A stretch of 64,000 bases of DNA, taken from positions 62,001 to 126,000 of the forward strand of contig CAXKVF010000074.1 in the NCBI GenBank assembly GCA_964057225.1. The letters run 5' to 3'. The position numbers and the translations under genes are program-made. Source of the stretch: Auanema rhodensis (taxonomy: Eukaryota > Animalia > Nematoda). The notes beneath the pieces are model-generated. The model saw only the letters and a program-made list of their open reading frames with translations. It did no database searches and was not told where the DNA came from. How positions within the stretch are numbered: the stretch's first letter is position 1; each line of letters starts with the position of its first letter. Of the stretch, positions 26,946 through 40,142 are shown piece by piece.

Positions 26946-29409
26946 CTAATTAAATGTACACGTGATGTGCACTTGGTATGTAACTCGCTTCACGTGAAAG
27001 ATAAAGAGATGCGGTTTTCAAAATTAGATTCCCCATGTCCATATTAGTCTAAAAACAAATTTTTATTGATATTGGTTCATGGTAACCATGACTTTGAAAT
27101 TTACGTGAACTTTAATTTATGCTAATTAAATGTACACGTGATGTGCACTTGGTATGTAACTCGCTTCACGTGAAAGATGAAGAGATGCGGTTTTCAAAAT
27201 TAGATTCCCCATGTCCATATTAGTCTAAAAACAAATTTTTATTGATATTGGTGCATGGTAACCATGACTTTGAAATTTACGTGAACTTTAATTTATGCTA
27301 ATTAAATGTACACGTGATGTGCACTTGGTATGTAACTCGCTTCACGTGAAAGATAAAGAGATGCGGTTTTCAAAATTAGATTCCCCATGTCCATATTAGT
27401 CTAAAAACAAATTTTTATTGATATTGGTGCATGGTAACCATGACTTTGAAATTTACGTGAACTTTAATTTATGCTAATTAAATGTACACGTGATGTGCAC
27501 TTGGTATGTAACTCGCTTCACGTGAAAGATAAAGAGATGCGGTTTTCAAAATTAGATTCCCCATGTCCATATTAGTCTAAAAACAAATTTTTATTGATAT
27601 TGGTTCATGGTAACCATGACTTTGAAATTTACGTGAACTTTAATTTATGCTAATTAAATGTACACGTGATGTGCACTTGGTATGTAACTCGCTTCACGTG
27701 AAAGATGAAGAGATGCGGTTTTCAAAATTAGATTCCCCATGTCCATATTAGTCTAAAAACAAATTTTTATTGATATTGGTGCATGGTAACCATGACTTTG
27801 AAATTTACGTGAACTTTAATTTATGCTAATTAAATGTACACGTGATGTGCACTTGGTATGTAACTCGCTTCACGTGAAAGATAAAGAGATGCGGTTTTCA
27901 AAATTAGATTCCCCATGTCCATATTAGTCTAAAAACAAATTTTTATTGATATTGGTGCATGGTAACCATGACTTTGAAATTTACGTGAACTTTAATTTAT
28001 GCTAATTAAATGTACACGTGATGTGCACTTGGTATGTAACTCGCTTCACGTGAAAGATAAAGAGATGCGGTTTTCAAAATTAGATTCCCCATGTCCATAT
28101 TAGTCTAAAAACAAATTTTTATTGATATTGGTTCATGGTAACCATGACTTTGAAATTTACGTGAACTTTAATTTATGCTAATTAAATGTACACGTGATGT
28201 GCACTTGGTATGTAACTCGCTTCACGTGAAAGATGAAGAGATGCGGTTTTCAAAATTAGATTCCCCATGTCCATATTAGTCTAAAAACAAATTTTTATTG
28301 ATATTGGTGCATGGTAACCATGACTTTGAAATTTACGTGAACTTTAATTTATGCTAATTAAATGTACACGTGATGTGCACTTGGTATGTAACTCGCTTCA
28401 CGTGAAAGATAAAGAGATGCGGTTTTCAAAATTAGATTCCCCATGTCCATATTAGTCTAAAAACAAATTTTTATTGATATTGGTGCATGGTAACCATGAC
28501 TTTGAAATTTACGTGAACTTTAATTTATGCTAATTAAATGTACACGTGATGTGCACTTGGTATGTAACTCGCTTCACGTGAAAGATAAAGAGATGCGGTT
28601 TTCAAAATTAGATTCCCCATGTCCATATTAGTCTAAAAACAAATTTTTATTGATATTGGTGCATGGTAACCATGACTTTGAAATTTACGTGAACTTTAAT
28701 TTATGCTAATTAAATGTACACGTGATGTGCACTTGGTATGTAACTCGCTTCACGTGAAAGATAAAGAGATGCGGTTTTCAAAATTAGATTCCCCATGTCC
28801 ATATTAGTCTAAAAACAAATTTTTATTGATATTGGTTCATGGTAACCATGACTTTGAAATTTACGTGAACTTTAATTTATGCTAATTAAATGTACACGTG
28901 ATGTGCACTTGGTATGTAACTCGCTTCACGTGAAAGATGAAGAGATGCGGTTTTCAAAATTAGATTCCCCATGTCCATATTAGTCTAAAAACAAATTTTT
29001 ATTGATATTGGTGCATGGTAACCATGACTTTGAAATTTACGTGAACTTTAATTTATGCTAATTAAATGTACACGTGATGTGCACTTGGTATGTAACTCGC
29101 TTCACGTGAAAGATAAAGAGATGCGGTTTTCAAAATTAGATTCCCCATGTCCATATTAGTCTAAAAACAAATTTTTATTGATATTGGTGCATGGTAACCA
29201 TGACTTTGAAATTTACGTGAACTTTAATTTATGCTAATTAAATGTACACGTGATGTGCACTTGGTATGTAACTCGCTTCACGTGAAAGATAAAGAGATGC
29301 GGTTTTCAAAATTAGATTCCCCATGTCCATATTAGTCTAAAAACAAATTTTTATTGATATTGGTGCATGGTAACCATGACTTTGAAATTTACGTGAACTT
29401 TAATTTATG
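26946..29409. repeat. Short-period HOR: (G132T, A58G, consensus) trimers grading into tetramers
   Basis: G132T monomers at 26946, 27474, 28002 and 28706 are each followed by an A58G monomer and then 1-2 consensus monomers. Confidence 0.75.
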
Positions 29410-31169
29410 CTAATTAAATGTACACGTGATGTGCACTTGGTATGTAACTCGCTTCACGTGAAAGATGAAGAGATGCGGTTTTCAAAATTAGATTCCCCAT
29501 GTCCATATTAGTCTAAAAACAAATTTTTATTGATATTGGTGCATGGTAACCATGATTTTGAAATTTACGTGAACTTTAATTTATGCTAATTAAATGTACA
29601 CGTGATGTGCACTTGGTATGTAACTCGCTTCACGTGAAAGATAAAGAGATGCGGTTTTCAAAATTAGATTCCCCATGTCCATATTAGTCTAAAAACAAAT
29701 TTTTATTGATATTGGTGCATGGTAACCATGACTTTGAAATTTACGTGAACTTTAATTTATGCTAATTAAATGTACACGTGATGTGCACTTGGTATGTAAC
29801 TCGCTTCACGTGAAAGATAAAGAGATGCGGTTTTCAAAATTAGATTCCCCATGTCCATATTAGTCTAAAAACAAATTTTTATTGATATTGGTTCATGGTA
29901 ACCATGACTTTGAAATTTACGTGAACTTTAATTTATGCTAATTAAATGTACACGTGATGTGCACTTGGTATGTAACTCGCTTCACGTGAAAGATAAATTG
30001 ATGCGGTTTTCAAAATTAGATTCCCCATGTCCATATTAGTCTAAAAACAAATTTTTATTGATATTGGTGCATGGTAACCATGACTTTGAAATTTACGTGA
30101 ACTTTAATTTATGCTAATTAAATGTACACGTGATGTGCACTTGGTATGTAACTCGCTTCACGTGAAAGATAAAGAGATGCGGTTTTCAAAATTAGATTCC
30201 CCATGTCCATATTAGTCTAAAAACAAATTTTTATTGATATTGGTGCATGGTAACCATGACTTTGAAATTTACGTGAACTTTAATTTATGCTAATTAAATG
30301 TACACGTGATGTGCACTTGGTATGTAACTCGCTTCACGTGAAAGATGAAGAGATGCGGTTTTCAAAATTAGATTCCCCATGTCCATATTAGTCTAAAAAC
30401 AAATTTTTATTGATATTGGTGCATGGTAACCATGATTTTGAAATTTACGTGAACTTTAATTTATGCTAATTAAATGTACACGTGATGTGCACTTGGTATG
30501 TAACTCGCTTCACGTGAAAGATAAAGAGATGCGGTTTTCAAAATTAGATTCCCCATGTCCATATTAGTCTAAAAACAAATTTTTATTGATATTGGTGCAT
30601 GGTAACCATGACTTTGAAATTTACGTGAACTTTAATTTATGCTAATTAAATGTACACGTGATGTGCACTTGGTATGTAACTCGCTTCACGTGAAAGATAA
30701 AGAGATGCGGTTTTCAAAATTAGATTCCCCATGTCCATATTAGTCTAAAAACAAATTTTTATTGATATTGGTTCATGGTAACCATGACTTTGAAATTTAC
30801 GTGAACTTTAATTTATGCTAATTAAATGTACACGTGATGTGCACTTGGTATGTAACTCGCTTCACGTGAAAGATAAATTGATGCGGTTTTCAAAATTAGA
30901 TTCCCCATGTCCATATTAGTCTAAAAACAAATTTTTATTGATATTGGTGCATGGTAACCATGACTTTGAAATTTACGTGAACTTTAATTTATGCTAATTA
31001 AATGTACACGTGATGTGCACTTGGTATGTAACTCGCTTCACGTGAAAGATAAAGAGATGCGGTTTTCAAAATTAGATTCCCCATGTCCATATTAGTCTAA
31101 AAACAAATTTTTATTGATATTGGTGCATGGTAACCATGACTTTGAAATTTACGTGAACTTTAATTTATG
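29410..31169. repeat. Two tandem copies of a 5-monomer (880-bp) HOR; a third copy lies at 24835-25714
   Basis: The string A58G+C147T, cons, G132T, GA61-62TT, cons starts at 24835, 29410 and 30290. Confidence 0.9.
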
Positions 31170-34100
31170 CTAATTAAATGTACACGTGATGTGCACTTGG
31201 TATGTAACTCGCTTCACGTGAAAGATAAAGAGATGCGGTTTTCAAAATTAGATTCCCCATGTCCATATTAGTCTAAAAGAAATTTTTATTGATATTGCTT
31301 CATGGTAACCATGACTTTGAAATTTACGTGAACTTTAATTTATGCTAATTAAATGTACACGTGATGTGCACTTGGTATGTAACTCGCTTCACGTGAAAGA
31401 TAAAGAGATGCGGTTTTCAAAATTAGATTCCCCATGTCCATATTAGTCTAAAAACAAATTTTTATTGATATTGGTTCATGGTAACTATGACTTTGAAATT
31501 TACGTGAACTTTAATTTATGCTAATTAAATGTACACGTGATGTGCACTTGGTATGTAACTCGCTTCACGTGAAAGATAAAGAGATGCGGTTTTCAAAATT
31601 AGATTCCCCATGTCCATATTAGTCTAAAAACAAATTTTTATTGATATTGGTGCATGGTAACCATGACTTTGAAATTTACGTGAACTTTAATTTATGCTAA
31701 TTAAATGTACACGTGATGTGCACTTGGTATGTAACTCGCTTCACGTGAAAGATGAAGAGATGCGGTTTTCAAAATTAGATTCCCCATGTCCATATTAGTC
31801 TAAAAACAAATTTTTATTGATATTGGTTCATGGTAACCATGACTTTGAAATTTACGTGAACTTTAATTTATGCTAATTAAATGTACACGTGATGTGCACT
31901 TGGTATGTAAATCGCTTCACGTGAAAGATAAAGAGATGCGGTTTTCAAAATTAGATTCCCCATGTCCATATTAGTCTAAAACAAATTTTTATTGATATTG
32001 GTGCATGGTAACCATGACTTTGAAATTTACGTGAACTTTAATTTATGCTAATTAAATGTACACGTGATGTGCACTTGGTATGTAACTCGCTTCACGTGAA
32101 AGATAAAGAGATGCGGTTTTCAAAATTAGATTCCCCATGTCCATATTAGTCTAAAAACAAATTTTTATTGATATTGGTTCATGGTAACCATGACTTTGAA
32201 ATTTACGTGAACTTTAATTTATGCTAATTAAATGTACACGTGATGTGCACTTGGTATGTAACTCGCTTCACGTGAAAGATAAATTGATGCGGTTTTCAAA
32301 ATTAGATTCCCCATGTCCATATTAGTCTAAAAACAAATTTTTATTGATATTGGTGCATGGTAACCATGACTTTGAAATTTACGTGAACTTTAATTTATGC
32401 TAATTAAATGTACACGTGATGTGCACTTGGTATGTAACTCGCTTCACGTGAAAGATAAAGAGATGCGGTTTTCAAAATTAGATTCCCCATGTCCATATTA
32501 GTCTAAAAACAAATTTTTATTGATATTGCTTCATGGTAACCATGACTTTGAAATTTACGTGAACTTTAATTTATGCTAATTAAATGTACACGTGATGTGC
32601 ACTTGGTATGTAACTCGCTTCACGTGAAAGATGAAGAGATGCGGTTTTCAAAATTAGATTCCCCATGTCCATATTAGTCTAAAAACAAATTTTTATTGAT
32701 ATTGGTGCATGGTAACCATGACTTTGAAATTTACGTGAACTTTAATTTATGCTAATTAAATGTACACGTGATGTGCACTTGGTATGTAACTCGCTTCACG
32801 TGAAAGATAAAGAGATGCGGTTTTCAAAATTAGATTCCCCATGTCCATATTAGTCTAAAAACAAATTTTTATTGATATTGCTTCATGGTAACCATGACTT
32901 TGAAATTTACGTGAACTTTAATTTATGCTAATTAAATGTACACGTGATGTGCACTTGGTATGTAACTCGCTTCACGTGAAAGATAAAGAGATGCGGTTTT
33001 CAAAATTAGATTCCCCATGTCCATATTAGTCTAAAAACAAATTTTTATTGATATTGGTTCATGGTAACCATGACTTTGAAATTTACGTGAACTTTAATTT
33101 ATGCTAATTAAATGTACACGTGATGTGCACTTGGTATGTAACTCGCTTCACGTGAAAGATAAAGAGATGCGGTTTTCAAAATTAGATTCCTCATGTCCAT
33201 ATTAGTCTAAAAACAAATTTTTATTGATATTGGTTCATGGTAACCATGACTTTGAAATTTACGTGAACTTTAATTTATGCTAATTAAATGTACACGTGAT
33301 GTGCACTTGGTATGTAACTCGCTTCACGTGAAAGATAAAGAGATGCGGTTTTCAAACTTAGATTCCCCATGTCCATATTAGTCTAAAAACAAATTTTTAT
33401 TGATATTGCTTCATGGTAACCATGACTTTGAAATTTACGTGAACTTTAATTTATGCTAATTAAATGTACACGTGATGTGCACTTGGTATGTAACTCGCTT
33501 CACGTGAAAGATAAAGAGATGCGGTTTTCAAAATTAGATTTCCCATGTCCATATTAGTCTAAAAACAAATTTTTATTGATATTGGTTCATGGTAACCATG
33601 ACTTTGAAATTTACGTGAACTTTAATTTATGCTAATTAAATGTACACGTGATGTGCACTTGGTATGTAACTCGCTTCACGTGAAAGATAAAGAGATGCGG
33701 TTTTCAAAATTAGATTCCCCATGTCCATATTAGTCTAAAAACAAATTTTTATTGATATTGCTTCATGGTAACCATGACTTTGAAATTTACGTGAACTTTA
33801 ATTTATGCTAATTAAATGTACACGTGATGTGCACTTGGTATGTAACTCGCTTCACGTGAAAGATAAAGAGATGCGGTTTTCAAACTTAGATTCCCCATGT
33901 CCATATTAGTCTAAAAACAAATTTTTATTGATATTGCTTCATGGTAACCATGACTTTGAAATTTACGTGAACTTTAATTTATGCTAATTAAATGTACACG
34001 TGATGTGCACTTGGTATGTAACTCGCTTCACGTGAAAGATAAAGAGATGCGGTTTTCAAAATTAGATTTCCCATGTCCATATTAGTCTAAAAACAAATTT

Positions 34101-37100
34101 TTATTGATATTGGTTCATGGTAACCATGACTTTGAAATTTACGTGAACTTTAATTTATGCTAATTAAATGTACACGTGATGTGCACTTGGTATGTAACTC
34201 GCTTCACGTGAAAGATAAAGAGATGCGGTTTTCAAAATTAGATTCCCCATGTCCATATTAGTCTAAAAGAAATTTTTATTGATATTGCTTCATGGTAACC
34301 ATGACTTTGAAATTTACGTGAACTTTAATTTATGCTAATTAAATGTACACGTGATGTGCACTTGGTATGTAACTCGCTTCACGTGAAAGATAAAGAGATG
34401 CGGTTTTCAAAATTAGATTCCCCATGTCCATATTAGTCTAAAAACAAATTTTTATTGATATTGGTTCATGGTAACTATGACTTTGAAATTTACGTGAACT
34501 TTAATTTATGCTAATTAAATGTACACGTGATGTGCACTAGGTATGTAACTCGCTTCACGTGAAAGATAAAGAGATGCGGTTTTCAAAATTAGATTCCCCA
34601 TGTCCATATTAGTCTAAAAACAAATTTTTATTGATATTGGTGCATGGTAACCATGACTTTGAAATTTACGTGAACTTTAATTTATGCTAATTAAATGTAC
34701 ACGTGATGTGCACTTGGTATGTAACTCGCTTCACGTGAAAGATAAAGAGATGCGGTTTTCAAAATTAGATTCCCCATGTCCATATTAGTCTAAAAACAAA
34801 TTTTTATTGATATTGCTTCATGGTAACCATGACTTTGAAATTTACGTGAACTTTAATTTATGCTAATTAAATGTACACGTGATGTGCACTTGGTATGTAA
34901 CTCGCTTCACGTGAAAGATAAAGAGATGCGGTTTTCAAAATTAGATTCCCCATGTCCATATTAGTCTAAAAACAAATTTTTATTGATATTGCTTCATGGT
35001 AACCATGACTTTGAAATTTACGTGAACTTTAATTTATGCTAATTAAATGTACACGTGATGTGCACTTGGTATGTAACTCGCTTCACGTGAAAGATAAAGA
35101 GATGCGGTTTTCAAAATTAGATTCCCCATGTCCATATTAGTCTAAAAACAAATTTTTATTGATATTGGTTCATGGTAACCATGACTTTGAAATTTACGTG
35201 AACTTTAATTTATGCTAATTAAATGTACACGTGATGTGCACTTGGTATGTAACTCGCTTCACGTGAAAGATAAAGAGATGCGGTTTTCAAAATTAGATTC
35301 CCCATGTCCATATTAGTCTAAAAACAAATTTTTATTGATATTGGTGCATGGTAACCATGACTTTGAAATTTACGTGAACTTTAATTTATGATAATTAAAT
35401 GTACACGTGATGTGCACTTGGTATGTAACTCGCTTCACGTGAAAGATAAAGAGATGCGGTTTTCAAAATTAGATTCCCCATGTCCATATTAGTCTAAAAA
35501 CAAATTTTTATTGATATTGGTTCATGGTAACCATGACTTTGAAATTTACGTGAACTTTAATTTATGCTAATTAAATGTACACGTGATGTGCACTTGGTAT
35601 GTAACTCGCTTCACGTGAAAGATAAAAAGATGCGGTTTTCAAAATTAGATTCCCCATGTCCATATTAGTCTAAAAACAAATTTTTATTGATATTGCTTCA
35701 TGGTAACCATGACTTTGAAATTTACGTGAACTTTAATTTATGCTAATTAAATGTACACGTGATGTGCACTTGGTATGTAACTCGCTTCACGTGAAAGATA
35801 AAGAGATGCGGTTTTCAAAATTAGATTCCCCATGTCCATATTAGTCTAAAAACAAATTTTTATTGATATTGGTTCATGGTAACCATGACTTTGAAATTTA
35901 CGTGAACTTTAATTTATGCTAATTAAATGTACACGTGATGTGCACTTGGTATGTAACTCGCTTCACGTGAAAGATAAAGAGATGCGGTTTTCAAAATTAG
36001 ATTCCCCATGTCCATATTAGTCTAAAAACAAATTTTTATTGATATTGGTGCATGGTAACCATGACTTTGAAATTTACGTGAACTTTAATTTATGCTAATT
36101 AAATGTACACGTGATGTGCACTTGGTATGTAACTCGCTTCACGTGAAAGATAAAGAGATGCGGTTTTCAAAATTAGATTCCCCATGTCCATATTAGTCTA
36201 AAAACAAATTTTTATTGATATTGGTGCATGGTAACCATGACTTTGAAATTTACGTGAACTTTAATTTATGCTAATTAAATGTACACGTGATGTGCACTTG
36301 GTATGTAACTCGCTTCACGTGAAAGATAAAGAGATGCGGTTTTCAAAATTAGATTCCCCATGTCCATATTAGTCTAAAAACAAATTTTTATTGATATTGG
36401 TATATGGTAACCATGACTTTGAAATTTACGTGAACTTTAATTTATGCTAATTAAATGTACACGTGATGTGCACTTGGTATGTAACTCGCTTCACGTGAAA
36501 GATAAAGAGATGCGGTTTTCAAAATTAGATTCCCCATGTCCATATTAGTCTAAAAACAAATTTTTATTGATATTGGTGCATGGTAACCATGACTTTGAAA
36601 TTTACGTGAACTTTAATTTATGCTAATTAAATGTACACGTGATGTGCACTTGGTATGTAACTCGCTTCACGTGAAAGATAAAGAGATGCGGTTTTCAAAA
36701 TTAGATTCCCCATGTCCATATTAGTCTAAAAACAAATTTTTATTGATATTGGTGCATGGTAACCATGACTTTGAAATTTACGTGAACTTTAATTTATGCT
36801 AATTAAATGTACACGTGATGTGCACTTGGTATGTAACTCGCTTCACGTGAAAGATAAAGAGATGCGGTTTTCAAAATTAGATTCCCCATGTCCATATTAG
36901 TCTAAAAACAAATTTTTATTGATATTGGTTCATGGTAACCATGACTTTGAAATTTACGTGAACTTTAATTTATGCTAATTAAATGTACACGTGATGTGCA
37001 CTTGGTATGTAACTCGCTTCACGTGAAAGATAAAGAGATGCGGTTTTCAAAATTAGATTCCCCATGTCCATATTAGTCTAAAAACAAATTTTTATTGATA

Positions 37101-40100
37101 TTGGTGCATGGTAACCATGACTTTGAAATTTACGTGAACTTTAATTTATGCTAATTAAATGTACACGTGATGTGCACTTGGTATGTAACTCGCTTCACGT
37201 GAAAGATAAAGAGATGCGGTTTTCAAAATTAGATTCCCCATGTCCATATTAGTCTAAAAACAAATTTTTATTGATATTGGTGCATGGTAACCATGACTTT
37301 GAAATTTACGTGAACTTTAATTTATGCTAATTAAATGTACACGTGATGTGCACTTGGTATGTAACTCGCTTCACGTGAAAGATAAAGAGATGCGGTTTTC
37401 AAAATTAGATTCCCCATGTCCATATTAGTCTAAAAACAAATTTTTATTGATATTGGTGCATGGTAACCATGACTTTGAAATTTACGTGAACTTTAATTTA
37501 TGCTAATTAAATGTACACGTGATGTGCACTTGGTATGTAACTCGCTTCACGTGAAAGATAAAGAGATGCGGTTTTCAAAATTAGATTCCCCATGTCCATA
37601 TTAGTCTAAAAACAAATTTTTATTGATATTGGTTCATGGTAACCATGACTTTGAAATTTACGTGAACTTTAATTTATGCTAATCAAATGTACACGTGATG
37701 TGCACTTGGTATGTAACTCGCTTCACGTGAAAGATAAAGAGATGCGGTTTTCAAAATTAGATTCCCCATGTCCATATTAGTCTAAAAACAAATTTTTATT
37801 GATATTGGTTCATGGTAACCATGACTTTGAAATTTACGTGAACTTTAATTTATGCTAATCAAATGTACACGTGATGTGCACTTGGTATGTAACTCGCTTC
37901 ACGTGAAAGATAAAGAGATGCGGTTTTCAAAATTAGATTCCCCATGTCCATATTAGTCTAAAAACAAATTTTTATTGATATTGGTTCATGGTAACCATGA
38001 CTTTGAAATTTACGTGAACTTTAATTTATGCTAATTAAATGTACACGTGATGTGCACTTGGTATGTAACTCGCTTCACGTGAAAGATAAAGAGATGCGGT
38101 TTTCAAAATTAGATTCCCCATGTCCATATTAGTCTAAAAACAAATTTTTATTGATATTGGTTCATGGTAACCATGACTTTGAAATTTACGTGAACTTTAA
38201 TTTATGCTAATTAAATGTACACGTGATGTGCACTTGGTATGTAACTCGCTTCACGTGAAAGATAAAGAGATGCGGTTTTCAAAATTAGATTCCCCATGTC
38301 CATATTAGTCTAAAAACAAATTTTTATTGATATTGGTTCATGGTAACCATGACTTTGAAATTTACGTGAACTTTAATTTATGCTAATTAAATGTACACGT
38401 GATGTGCACTTGGTATGTAACTCGCTTCACGTGAAAGATAAAGAGATGCGGTTTTCAAAATTAGATTCCCCATGTCCATATTAGTCTAAAAACAAATTTT
38501 TATTGATATTGGTTCATGGTTACCATGACTTTGAAATTTACGTGAACTTTAATTTATGCTAATTAAATGTACACGTGATGTGCACTTGGTATGTAACTCG
38601 CTTCACGTGAACGATAAAGAGATGCGGTTTTCAAAATTAGATTCCCCATGTCCATATTAGTCTAAAAACAAATTTTTATTGATATTGGTTCATGTTAACC
38701 ATGACTTTGAAATTTACGTGAACTTTAATTTATGCTAATTAAATGTACACGTGATGTGCACTTGGTATGTAACTCGCTTCACGTGAAAGATAAAGAGATG
38801 CGGTTTTCAAAATTAGATTCCCCATGTCCATATTAGTCTAAAAACAAATTTTTATTGATATTGGTTCATGGTAACCATGACTTTGAAATTTACGTGAACT
38901 TTAATTTATGCTAATTAAATGTAAACGTGATGTGCACTTGGTATGTAACTCGCTTCACGTGAAAGATAAAGAGATGCGGTTTTCAAAATTAGATTCCCCA
39001 TGTCCATATTAGTCTAAAAACAAATTTTTATTGATATTGGTTCATGGTAACCATGACTTTGAAATTTACGTGAACTTTAATTTATGCTAATTAAATGTAC
39101 ACGTGATGTGCACTTGGTATGTAACTCGCTTCACGTGAAAGATAAAGAGATGCGGTTTTCAAAATTAGATTCCCCATGTCCATATTAGTCTAAAAACAAA
39201 TTTTTATTGATATTGGTGCATGGTAACCATGACTTTGAAATTTACGTGAACTTTAATTTATGCTAATTAAATGTACACGTGATGTGCACTTGGTATGTAA
39301 CTCGCTTCACGTGAAAGATAAAGAGATGCGGTTTTCAAAATTAGATTACCCATGTCCATATTAGTCTAAAAACAAATTTTTATTGATATTGGTTCATGGT
39401 AACCATGACTTTGAAATTTACGTGAACTTTAATTTATGCTAATTAAATGTACACGTGATGTGCACTTGGTATGTAACTCGCTTCACGTGAAAGATAAAGA
39501 GATGCGGTTTTCAAAATTAGATTCCCCATGTCCATATTAGTCTAAAAACAAATTTTTATTGTTATTGGTTCATGGTAACCATGACTTTGAATTTTACGTG
39601 AACTTTAATTTATGCTAATTAAATGTACACGTGATGTGCACTTGGTATGTAACTCGCTTCACGTGAAAGATAAAGAGATGCGGTTTTCAAAATTAGATTC
39701 CCCATGTCCATATTAGTCTAAAAACAAATTTTTATTGATATTGCTTCATGGTAACCATGACTTTGAAATTTACGTGAACTTTAATTTATGCTAATTAAAT
39801 GTACACGTGATGTGCACTTGGTATGTAACTCGCTTCACGTGAAAGATAAAGAAATGCGGTTTTCAAAATTAGATTCCCCATGTCCATATTAGTCTAAAAA
39901 CAAATTTTTATTGATATTGGTGCATGGTAACCATGACTTTGAATTTTACGTGAACTTTAATTTATGCTAATTAAATGTACACGTGATGTGCACTTGGTAT
40001 GTAACTCGCTTCACGTGAAAGATAAAGAGATGCGGTTTTCAAAATTAGATTCCCCATGTCCATATTAGTCTAAAAACAAATTTTTATTGATATTGGTTCA

Positions 40101-40142
40101 TGGTAACCATGACTTTAAAATTTACGTGAACTTTAATTTATG

